Assembly: GCF_000012285.1 (NCBI RefSeq)
Contig: NC_007181.1
Coordinates: forward strand, 977,706 to 1,001,705
Direction of reading: 5' to 3'
DNA from: Sulfolobus acidocaldarius DSM 639
GTDB taxonomy: Archaea; Thermoproteota; Thermoprotei_A; Sulfolobales; Sulfolobaceae
Length of the DNA: 24,000 bases
Made by a program: the position numbers and the translations under genes. Positions within the stretch are counted from its first letter, which is position 1. Each line of letters starts with the position of its first letter. The notes under the pieces were generated by a model. The model saw only the letters and a list, made by a program, of their open reading frames with translations, was not told the origin of the DNA and made no database searches. Of this stretch, positions 8,762-17,099 are shown piece by piece.

Positions 8762-9381
8762 AGTCATTGAAAATTGTGCTAAAACCCTGGTTTAAGGAGG
8801 ATCTAGATGTTGAAAAAACTACAAAATAGTGATTTAGTTAGTTCGAGTCTTGACAGATTTTTTTAATTAATTACAACAAATTATACAATATTATAATAGA
8901 GTAGGTAGGTGAACCTGGATTACTAATAGATTAGGGGGTAAATATTAAAAGCCTCAATTTTCTACCAACTATTTTCATGTAATAATATTTAAATACATGT
9001 AAATTGAAAAACCGTTTACTTAAACTTTTTAAAACACTCCCAGAGGGATAGGGGCTAACAAGAGCAAATAATTTTTATCTGTATGTTCTAAAAATTAAAG
9101 TAAAAATGATTTTTATAGTTGGAAATTTTCTAGTTCCTTGCAACTCTGTAGTATTATATAAGTATTGACGTGAATTTTGCGTTTAGTGAAATCACGTAGA
9201 GCCGAATTTTGTACGCTTTTCAAACGTTAAACCTATATTAGAGTAAAAATAACAGCAGGGAATTCACAGGAGAGTTAAGCTTTCGGCCAAGATTTTAGGT
9301 GGTTATTATTTTTTATATTAATTAACCTTAAAAAGGACTAAAATTTTTACGTATTTAAATACCTGTGTATTATCATTATGA

Positions 9382-10191
9382 ATGTCTTCCATGAATAAGA
9401 GAGTGTTTGACATACTTAGAGAATTAGACTCTCTTGTCGATTTCTCTAGGGCAAAACTACAGTGGGATATATTAATTATACTTGCAACCAAAGGACCATC
9501 ATCGACAACAGAAATCTCACAAACAATAAACACAAGCAGAAAATCCATAATAGACGCAATAAGAAAACTAGTTGACAAAGAACTTGTAACAAAAGTTAAA
9601 GGAGATATATATGGTCTATCTGAAAAAGGGGAGAAGTTACTAGAAAGTTTTGACTCTATAATGTCTATTAATGTAACAGATAAACCTGATTCTTCCATAG
9701 AAAGTAACAGTATCAGTTTGACCAACATAGCAGAATATTTTTACATGCTAGAGATCTTAAAGATGGCACTTTTAAATAAACAGATAACCATAGATAAGGC
9801 TTCTCATGAACTCGGAATTTCTAAGCAGACCCTAAAATATTACATAGAGACCTTTACGGAAAATAAACTCCTGAAAGTAGTAAATCAGGAGAGTGTTTTA
9901 GGGAAGTCAAAAAAGATATATGTTTTAACTGATGAGAGCCGTAAGTTAGTATCTAGACTACCTGAGCTTACACGACTTAAGAGAAACCTACCCCTTAAGA
10001 TCCTGTTAAAACTCACGGGAAGTTATAGATACGAGATCGCCTTAACTAAAGTAATGCTATTCAACGTGATATCAATTCCGGTTCTTATGTATCTCAAGGA
10101 TCAGTTGGGTATATTGGAAGCGATATGGTTATATGTGATAATTCTACTTCCGTTACTTTCGATATTCGCAGAAATATTTAACAGGATATAA
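9382..10191 (+). CDS. arnR1: Membrane-anchored HTH transcription regulator, ArnR paralogue (archaellum regulatory network)
   Basis: This is a 269-aa ORF. It has an N-terminal winged-HTH region (ILATKGPSSTTEISQTINTSRKSIIDAIRKLVDKELV), a second HTH-like segment (ISKQTLKYYIETF), and two C-terminal TM helices (VMLFNVISIPVLMYL and IWLYVIILLPLLSIFAEIF). It is a paralogue of the ORF at 17238..18047. A TATA-like TATTTAAATA (9351-9360) lies about 27 nt upstream of the ATG. Position next to flaJ fits arnR1 (Saci_1171) as I remember it. Confidence 0.88.
   Translation: MSSMNKRVFDILRELDSLVDFSRAKLQWDILIILATKGPSSTTEISQTINTSRKSIIDAIRKLVDKELVTKVKGDIYGLSEKGEKLLESFDSIMSINVTDKPDSSIESNSISLTNIAEYFYMLEILKMALLNKQITIDKASHELGISKQTLKYYIETFTENKLLKVVNQESVLGKSKKIYVLTDESRKLVSRLPELTRLKRNLPLKILLKLTGSYRYEIALTKVMLFNVISIPVLMYLKDQLGILEAIWLYVIILLPLLSIFAEIFNRI
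9420..9600 (+). repeat. 181-bp block 100 percent identical to 17267..17447 (copy 1, inside arnR1)
   Basis: I compared the two copies base by base and found no mismatch over 181 bp. Flanking sequence on both sides is highly diverged. Both copies have the same codon phase (offset 38 nt from the arnR1 start and 29 nt from the arnR start, each 2 mod 3). Confidence 0.95.
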
Positions 10192-10235
10192 TTTAAGGTC
10201 CTTTCAAAATAAGTACCTTTGGTCATATATTTTCA

Positions 10236-11672
10236 TCAAGTTGTATTCTGAATGCCACTAATTATACCTCCAGATGAAAAAGCTTGAAACAGTTGCGCGG
10301 TGAGCGTTAATATGACATAATACGATATCGCGCTCATAATCATAAGTAGACCTATAAAGTATAGGCTTGCATAAATAGACTTACCATAAGCCAAAGATAT
10401 CGCCATCCCATTCGCAAAACTCATGACGAAAAGCATTATTAAAAATATTTTAGAAACAAATCCTATATCAATAGGGTTGAACGCTATTACCGAAGCCAAT
10501 TCACCAATCGAAAATAAATTATTCAGCATACTAGTTATAGAGATTAAGGCAGCAGAAACGCCTGCTGAGGACACTTGAAGTGCGTATATAGAAGCCTCGA
10601 AAGCCCTACCGTTCTGCTCCTTTCTGGCTCTTATATTCAGTACTACATCACCTATTTTACTTAATATCTCTCCGGTGATCAACATATTACCTCCATTACT
10701 AATTGTCTCGTACAAGATCTCACTGAGCATAGTTACGAGTACGCTTTTACTTTCTCTTCCCATAAGGGAAAAAATTTTGCTTTTATTAACTCCTAAGTTT
10801 AGCCTGTTTAATGCCCTTCTTATCATAGGTTTTGCAGAACCTAAATCACCCCTTAAAACAGCCATCAGTGACTCCTTTAGATTGTTTACAACTGAATAAT
10901 TTCTAGTAAAATAACGCGTAAATAACAAAAAATATCTCTCTAAATTATTTATTTTATTTTCAAATATCCTGTATCTCATTCCCACTCCTAAATAGAGAAC
11001 TCCTGTTATTATCATTGTTATAAATGATGTATAGGTTAGATTTAATGCAATTCCCAGTAAAATTAAAGCAGTTAATAAAAGTCTGTCTCTACTACTATAT
11101 CGCATATAGCTTTCAGGTTTATATATATAGTACATGATTACAGTTAAATTAACTAAGATGACCGTGGAGAGAAAGAAAATCTGTAATAGTATACTAGAAC
11201 CACCAGAGTAAAGAACTGATAGGACAGTCATGTCTGCTACGAGAAATGCTAAAGAACTATTCAAGGTTGCATAGACTGTGAGGAAATTGTTCATAGATTC
11301 AATAACTCTAGCTGAGTGAGAACTGTACTCAGCCAATGAGAAATCTATTTCCCTCTCTAGAAACTGAACCATGTCGTCTCCAAAAGTAACGGCCTGTGAT
11401 AATCTTACCAGAAATTCACTTAGAAATTTTACTTTAGAATTTCTTATAGCATAGTTTATTCCTTGTGAAAATTTATATCTAAATCCTGATACTAAATTCT
11501 TTATTCTCCTAAAGACCTTCAAATACGGATGAAAAGAGTCCTTATTTGATACTTTTAACAAAACCGTTTCAGGGGGCAACCCTGCAGAAAAGAGAGCCAT
11601 CATGAAAGCTAACATAAAGATATATTTAGAGTCCATTTCCTCTTTTTTATTCCTGTCAAATATTACTGACAT
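10236..11672 (-). CDS. flaJ: Archaellum polytopic membrane platform protein FlaJ/ArlJ (TadC/PilC-like)
   Basis: This is a 478-aa multi-TM ORF and the last gene of the operon. Its start overlaps the flaI stop by 17 nt. The architecture, with two cytoplasmic domains alternating with TM bundles, is typical of type IV filament platform proteins. Confidence 0.9.
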
Positions 11673-13197
11673 ATTTTATCGCCTCCTCCAAACCCATCTG
11701 TCTCGCTCTTAAAATATAATCCCAAACATCATAATAGTTGAATATCTTCTTCTCTACAAGAAGATTTAAAAACCTGGATCGCATCTGCAACTCATCATAT
11801 AACAAGCCGATATTCCTTCTATCTATGCCCCTCTTGACTGCTATCTTGTTCTCGATTAGATATGAAGATCCTTTTCCAGCAAATAACATCTTATCCTGAA
11901 CTGAATCATACGTAAATGCAGGGATATAAACTACGTCATTTGTCACAGGATCTATGTCTATTATTTCGTCGACCTCGACAACCCTCCTGATTAGATTCCC
12001 TTTCTTATCGTATAAGGCAGTTTGAAATAACGCAATATTCAAGTTATTAATATAACTCTTTGGAACCTCTATAGGATAACCAGTAAGTCGCTGTATTAAC
12101 GTCGTTATATTCGCTGCATGAAACGTTGCCATTACTGAGTGACCAGTTTGCATAGCCTGAAAGGCGACATTTCCCTCCTTGTCTCTAATTTCTCCCACAA
12201 GTATGTAGTTTGGTCTTTGTCTTAATGCAGCTTTAAGTAAGTCAAATAATTTTATTGTACCTTCACCACCAGTTTCTCTAGTGACCTCTGCAACCCAATT
12301 TGAATGCGGAACCGTCAATTCTGGAGTGTCCTCAATAGTAACTATCTTTAGATTTGGGGGAATGAAAGCAGTTATGGCATTTAATGTAGTTGTCTTTCCA
12401 GATGCGGTTTCTCCACATACAAAAAGATTCATTCCCTCATCCAGCATAGTCCATATATATGCCGCCATCATAGAGGATAATGTTCCAAACATGATGAGTT
12501 GAGTTATACTGGTTGGAACTCTACTAAATTTCCTGACAGTTAGATTTGATCCTCTTCTACTTATATCAACACCGTACACAAAATTTACCCTAGAACCGTC
12601 AGGCAGACTCGCATCAACTACTGGTCTGTTATGAGAAACGGGCCTATATGACTTTTCACTGAGGGAAACTATTAGATTATCTAACTCTTCATAATTCTCA
12701 AATTTAATTGAAGTTCTCATTGGACCGAAAACCTTATGAACGATATATACATGTCCTAGCCCTGGTATTGATATATCTTCTATGTAAGGATCTCTAATGA
12801 GAGGTTCTAATGAACCTGTATATAACTTATCCCTGATGAAATGGTAAATAACATATTCCTTTGGAACAGAAAGCCTCATTCTTAGAAGGATTTTATCTAA
12901 TATTGAGCGTATTAATTTTTCTTTCTCCTTAGTATCTTCTGGTGGTTCCTTATCGCCGATAGATAAGGCAAACTTCTCCTCTATTTCCTCCATTTCATCA
13001 TGAGTAGGTCTAGGAGGTTCTATAACATTATATTGATTATAGCCATCCTCACTTTTTATACTCTGAATATGAATATAAACAAAATCGTCTACTCTATAGA
13101 TTGCATTAAATATTTTGCTCCCCTTCAAGATATTTGGGTTTTCTATTATTGTAGGTCTTTCCTGAAGTTTTGTTAAATAGTCTTCCACGAAGCTCAT
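11656..13197 (-). CDS. flaI: Archaellum assembly/rotation ATPase FlaI/ArlI (secretion superfamily ATPase)
   Basis: This is a 513-aa ORF with Walker [10 protein letters not shown], Walker B-like ILVGEIRD, and Asp/His boxes typical of VirB11/PilB-type hexameric ATPases. It starts 3 nt after the flaH stop. Confidence 0.95.
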
Positions 13198-13200
13198 GAC

Positions 13201-13887
13201 TTATGCCCTCGATAAGGATAATGGTACAACCTTAATGCCCAGCGCAGGATCCACATCAAAAGAAATTGTGTCTGAACCAGATATTCCTCCTGTAGTTTTT
13301 ACTCTTTCTAGGATCTTTACTCTTCTTCCACCTATAGTCGCAGCCGAGAGCTTAAGATACACATCAACTATACTAGTTATTTTACTCTTCATTTCCTCGT
13401 CAAAAGTATCTGGATGAATAGTGAATAGAATCATTTTACCCGTATTAACTAAGACCCTGATGTCCTTCATAAATTGTAATAACTGCTTCTCCTTTGAGAA
13501 AGCAGCTAGTATTGACAAACTATCGATTACGATGAAGTCTATATTTTTACTTCTTATAAAGTTTACAATAACATCTAAAATTTTCTCAGCTAAACTAGAG
13601 TTCCAATTAAATTTCTTCGTATTCAATGGAGCAATTCTTAGTTTTCCCCTTATAAAGTATGGTATTAAATCGATCTTTATTTCCTTCATCTTAATCAAGT
13701 AATCTTTAGTAGTCTGCTCCGTAGTAATCACATATCCCTTCTTATCTGACAATAGAAAACCTAATACGAATTGAGCAGATAACACACTCTTACCCGTGCC
13801 ATGATCTCCTTCTATCATTATCGATGCTGGATATGGTATTCCTCCTAGTCTTCTATCTAGATCGTCATTACCGGTACTTATAATCAT
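13201..13887 (-). CDS. flaH: Archaellum RecA/KaiC-like ATP-binding protein FlaH/ArlH
   Basis: The ORF has Walker A GDHGTGKS and a RecA-like fold (IVIDSLS). The track ORF starts at 13902. I prefer the ATG at 13887 (MIISTGNDDLD) because it forms an ATGA overlap with the flaF stop and is preceded by GGAGGGG. This gives 228 aa. The start could still be 13902. Confidence 0.9.
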   Translation of the reverse strand: MIISTGNDDLDRRLGGIPYPASIMIEGDHGTGKSVLSAQFVLGFLLSDKKGYVITTEQTTKDYLIKMKEIKIDLIPYFIRGKLRIAPLNTKKFNWNSSLAEKILDVIVNFIRSKNIDFIVIDSLSILAAFSKEKQLLQFMKDIRVLVNTGKMILFTIHPDTFDEEMKSKITSIVDVYLKLSAATIGGRRVKILERVKTTGGISGSDTISFDVDPALGIKVVPLSLSRA

Positions 13888-14378
13888 AGGCTTCCCCTCC
13901 ATATTACCGATGGACCATAGTTTGTTACAATGACTACTGTAGCTTGAGTATTTGGATACGGAGGATATGGCAGAATGATAGTTAAAGTAGCCTGAGAGCC
14001 TGGAGCTAACAAAGGAGTATTAATTGTCCAATAATAAGGGCTAGGGTTAGAGTTCTTTGTGTAGTTATATAACGAGAGATTGAAAGTTGAGATATTGCTA
14101 ATGTTAGCATAGTATTGTACTATAACGGAAAAACCTTGAAAATCATACAGATTAGTAGATCCATTATTTTCTAACACAACATTCAAAGTACTTCCCGTTA
14201 ATGATACGGAGCTTACAGTTATCTTCGTTTCTAACTGTTCTAATTCCAATTCATGATTTAATTCTTGTGCTTGATTCAAAATTTGCTGGCTCTTAAAATA
14301 TGCACTCAACAATACAATTCCAAATGAAACACCAATAAAAGTTATTAGAATAAACGCCAAAGTTTGTGACACTCCCAT
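13884..14378 (-). CDS. flaF: Archaellum stator-associated protein FlaF/ArlF (N-terminal TM helix plus beta-sandwich)
   Basis: This is a 164-aa ORF with an archaellin-like hydrophobic N-terminus (MGVSQTLAFILITFIGVSFGIVLL). Its position between flaG and flaH is as in Sulfolobales fla operons. Confidence 0.88.
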   Translation of the reverse strand: MGVSQTLAFILITFIGVSFGIVLLSAYFKSQQILNQAQELNHELELEQLETKITVSSVSLTGSTLNVVLENNGSTNLYDFQGFSVIVQYYANISNISTFNLSLYNYTKNSNPSPYYWTINTPLLAPGSQATLTIILPYPPYPNTQATVVIVTNYGPSVIWRGSL

Positions 14379-14379
14379 T

Positions 14380-14844
14380 TTAGCTTACCTTAAACATGTA
14401 ACTAACAGTATATCCATTGGGTGTAACAATCTGAATAGTATAGTATTGGTTTGATGATAACGGAGAAGACAAATAGATAATGATTTTTACTACTGACCCT
14501 GGCTGTAGTGAATTAGATGTAACTGTCCAATAGGGGGAAGAACCTGAATTATAGCCTACAGGTTGCAATTGACCATTTGGACCGAAATACACTACACTAT
14601 TTTGAAGGTAAGAGATCGTTGTTTCCCCCACATTATGTAAATATGCAACTACAGTGTTTGAGCTCGTGTTAGTAGCATAATCTATCTGTAGTTGTGTCAA
14701 CATTTTTTGAGATTGTTGAATAGAATATGACGACATTGTCGTAGAGATAGATGAGGCGACTGAAAAAACGGTTCCCGCTAAAACGCCAATAAGAGTTACA
14801 GAAACTATTATCATAATGGTCTCACTTATAACCTCACTAACCAT
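14380..14844 (-). CDS. flaG: Archaellum protein FlaG/ArlG (N-terminal TM helix plus beta-sandwich)
   Basis: This is a 154-aa ORF with a hydrophobic N-terminus (ETIMIIVSVTLIGVLAGTVF). It overlaps the flaX stop by 8 nt and ends 1 nt before the flaF start. Confidence 0.88.
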   Translation of the reverse strand: MVSEVISETIMIIVSVTLIGVLAGTVFSVASSISTTMSSYSIQQSQKMLTQLQIDYATNTSSNTVVAYLHNVGETTISYLQNSVVYFGPNGQLQPVGYNSGSSPYWTVTSNSLQPGSVVKIIIYLSSPLSSNQYYTIQIVTPNGYTVSYMFKVS

Positions 14845-15589
14845 TCACACCACCACCCTCCAAAATCATTATATATTTCTTAATTTCAGGAGTTAGTGAT
14901 GAGTAACTCTCAGCTATATTTGCAGCAATAGAAGCTAACTCTTTCGCTGTAATTTTTCTATTCTTTATGAAAGATAAAATTCTTAGAATAGTAAACATAT
15001 CATCTGAAGAGACATATCCTAATTCATACAGCTGTTTAATTTTTTCTTCATCATATTCCATTATCTCCAACAGGACACATGATTTTATAAACCATGTTAA
15101 GTTTACGTTATTAGGGTTATTAGATCCTACTAACTGACTTACGGTACTAATCTCTCTACTAACATGTTCTTCTTCCTGCTGAATTATTGTATTAAACGGT
15201 GAGGAGGAATCTGATTCACTTGCCTTCACAGATAAGGCTAACTCTTCAACTGCTGAGTTAAGATTCTCTATCAATTTTTTCATCTCATTAAAACTGTTTG
15301 TTATATTTGTCAACAATTCATTCTCTTTTTTATCCATCTTCCCTAACACATCCTTTAGAGCCTTTTCGATACTGTCACTTGAGTATTTTGAGGTTTCATC
15401 ATTAGCAGGTTTCTGCTGAGTCGGAAATCGCTGTTCTTGAGAAATGTTTTGAGGGCTTTGCTGGGTTTGCACTCTCTTAGTCTTTGGTAAAATTACACGG
15501 AATAGAATTTCTAGGAATGCAGCTATAGGTATACCAACTCCTATCAATATTATGAATAATGATGATTGTAATAGATCTTGGATAGCCAT
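14837..15589 (-). CDS. flaX: Crenarchaeal archaellum scaffold/ring protein FlaX/ArlX
   Basis: This is a 250-aa ORF with an N-terminal TM helix (SLFIILIGVGIPIAAFLEILF), a polar Gln/Ser-rich linker, and a coiled-coil-like middle (ELLTNITNSFNEMKKLIENLNSAVEELALSV). It is the second gene of the operon, as in S. acidocaldarius. Confidence 0.88.
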   Translation of the reverse strand: MAIQDLLQSSLFIILIGVGIPIAAFLEILFRVILPKTKRVQTQQSPQNISQEQRFPTQQKPANDETSKYSSDSIEKALKDVLGKMDKKENELLTNITNSFNEMKKLIENLNSAVEELALSVKASESDSSSPFNTIIQQEEEHVSREISTVSQLVGSNNPNNVNLTWFIKSCVLLEIMEYDEEKIKQLYELGYVSSDDMFTILRILSFIKNRKITAKELASIAANIAESYSSLTPEIKKYIMILEGGGVNG

Positions 15590-15664
15590 TACTCATGCAC
15601 CGCCTTAGTGGGAAATATTAAATAAAAAACATTATATCTTAAATATCTTCTCATTTTAAACCAT
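15590..15664 (-). promoter_or_regulatory. flaB-flaX intergenic region: candidate flaB terminator (T6) plus candidate internal flaX promoter
   Basis: On the minus strand, GTTTTTTATT (the A6 run at 15624-15629 on plus) lies about 36-41 nt after the flaB stop. TTTAATATTTCC (15611-15622) lies about 28 nt upstream of the flaX ATG. This is the only real gap (75 bp) in an otherwise overlapping operon. Confidence 0.45.
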
Positions 15665-16579
15665 TTATCCTATAACTGTCACTTTTCCATCAGGCTGATA
15701 GATATACTGGGATATTGTTAATGGTGAACCAATATTTGGAGTTATCTGAATTGTCACAGTCTCGTATTGGAAAACGTTAGTTGCCTCGCCAGGACCAAAT
15801 AATATCATCACACCTATTACGGATCCAGCAGGAGCTATATCACTTCCGGCTAATGGGAAGCCGGATACTGGATACGTGAAGGCAAATGTTTTATTAACAT
15901 ATGCATAGTATTCTACCTCCGTACCGTTAACACTTATATTGAAGGTAAATACGTTATCGTTCTTTAGCCATGGCTTTGATGCTACTATAGACGTATTAGA
16001 AATGATATAGAGAGGAGAAGATGTTAATTGACCACCCTTAACCTCCTGACCTAAAGTATAATTCAGAGCTAATAATGCATAATTGGGATCGGAATAGTAT
16101 ACATAAGTTTGTCCTGCACTATTGGAAGAAAAGGCTAATGTTAAATTTATAATACTGGTGCCTAATTTAACTTGTACTTTGTTATTCACCTGGCTAGGTA
16201 GTACAGATAATAAACTGAATTGGTAGATGTTAGATAGTGACACTCCTCTACTAGCAGCTGTAAACGATATTGCTGTAGTTGAAGGAGATAAGTCTACACT
16301 AGATACACCAGAACTAGGAGATACAGTGAAATACATCCAGTAACTCTTTGTATTGGTGGGATAATTCACTGCATATAGCACATTTCCTGATAAAGATAAC
16401 GCAGTAGACGCAGTTTCTTCTCCTTTATTTATAGTAGTCTTAGCTTTTTGAGTTACAAATAACCCCATATTTACTGCAACATATGCCAAAACTGCTGCTG
16501 TTATTATGAATGCTATTAATATTATTGCTGTATCCAATCCTGCTAAACCTCTTGTTTTCCTTCTTTTCATGTATATCAT
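15665..16579 (-). CDS. flaB: Archaellin FlaB/ArlB (archaellum filament subunit) with class III signal peptide
   Basis: This is a 304-aa ORF, or 301 aa if it starts at 16570 (MKRRK). The N-terminus KRRKTRG/LAGLDTAIILIAFIITAAVLAYV is a type IV pilin-like prepilin-peptidase (PibD/FlaK) site followed by the conserved archaellin hydrophobic helix. The C-terminal end (ITPNIGSPLTISQYIYQPDGKVTVIG) matches Sulfolobus archaellins as I remember them. Confidence 0.95.
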   Translation of the reverse strand: MIYMKRRKTRGLAGLDTAIILIAFIITAAVLAYVAVNMGLFVTQKAKTTINKGEETASTALSLSGNVLYAVNYPTNTKSYWMYFTVSPSSGVSSVDLSPSTTAISFTAASRGVSLSNIYQFSLLSVLPSQVNNKVQVKLGTSIINLTLAFSSNSAGQTYVYYSDPNYALLALNYTLGQEVKGGQLTSSPLYIISNTSIVASKPWLKNDNVFTFNISVNGTEVEYYAYVNKTFAFTYPVSGFPLAGSDIAPAGSVIGVMILFGPGEATNVFQYETVTIQITPNIGSPLTISQYIYQPDGKVTVIG

Positions 16580-16721
16580 GTTTCTATCACTTTTTCAAAA
16601 TGAGATTTCTAAGTTGGTCTTTAAAAACCTCCCCTCGATCTTCGACCAAAAATCACAATTTTTCGACTGCTGATCGACGTTAATTTAGTCTTTTTTTTAA
16701 AGAACTTTTATTTTATTATAC
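16580..16721. promoter_or_regulatory. flaB promoter / upstream activating region, shared with the divergent small ORF
   Basis: On the minus strand, a TATA-like GGTTTTTAAAGA (16618-16629) and GTGAT (16586-16590) precede the flaB ATG. Upstream of the TATA element, TCGAC occurs at 16642-16646, 16663-16667 and 16674-16678 (spacing 21 and 11 bp), and TCGATC occurs at 16635-16640. The palindrome AAAAAT-CACA-ATTTTT lies at 16648-16663. Confidence 0.6.
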
Positions 16722-17099
16722 ATGATACTGATGAGAAGGCAATATATTCTTATATCATTATTAATGATACCTTTTCTTATAGTGCTATCAATACTTTATG
16801 ATACACCTTTATTCATGGCTCCAGTTCCGCTATTCTTATTCTACATATCTAGAATTATCGGAATTAACACAATAAATGATAGTAAATCGCTTTATAGATA
16901 CATAAAGAGATATTATGGGAAAGAAATTGCAGATAAAATTCAACAAAACTTTAAAGTTGTAAATAGCTTTGACTTATTGGATAATAATTCTCTTATAATA
17001 TTTGATAACATATTAATTCTAAAAATTAACAATAAAATAGGAGTTTTTGAAATAGAGGAGGGTATAGACTATCTAATAAGGCTAATGAATTATGTGTAA
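16722..17099 (+). CDS. Small hypothetical membrane protein (2 predicted TM helices plus a soluble tail of about 80 aa)
   Basis: This is a 125-aa ORF divergent from flaB and upstream of arnR. Hydrophobic segments are ILISLLMIPFLIVLSILY and LFMAPVPLFLFYISRIIGI. I recognise no motif. The gene is very AT-rich. The call rests on ORF length, TM pattern, and a T-rich TATA-like tract about 25 nt upstream. Confidence 0.6.
   Translation: MILMRRQYILISLLMIPFLIVLSILYDTPLFMAPVPLFLFYISRIIGINTINDSKSLYRYIKRYYGKEIADKIQQNFKVVNSFDLLDNNSLIIFDNILILKINNKIGVFEIEEGIDYLIRLMNYV

Noticed and set aside
8836-8856. tRNA-like T-loop sequence GTTCGAGTC
   Set aside because: The flanking bases do not form a T-stem, and no acceptor, D or anticodon arms can be built around it. 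It is not a tRNA.
8807-8866. 19-codon micro-ORF (MLKKLQNSDLVSSSLDRFF) preceded by AAGGAGGA
   Set aside because: It is too short to support from sequence alone, I cannot assess its conservation, and most genes here appear leaderless. It is mentioned only inside the spacer finding, not called as a feature.
8552-9381. Replication origin in the long AT-rich spacer
   Set aside because: I recognise no ORB-like repeat elements, there is no adjacent cdc6/orc1 or whiP gene, and the location does not fit what I recall of the three S. acidocaldarius origins.
9318-9728. 136-aa minus-strand ORF, and its 64-aa twin at 17231..17425
   Set aside because: Both are antisense to arnR1 and arnR. They look conserved only because they lie on the 181-bp identical tract.
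10675-10899. 74-aa plus-strand ORF; also 12281..12502, 13196..13417, 13421..13702 and 19264..19485
   Set aside because: All are antisense to strongly supported genes (flaJ, flaI, flaH, arnS). None has motifs or start signals.
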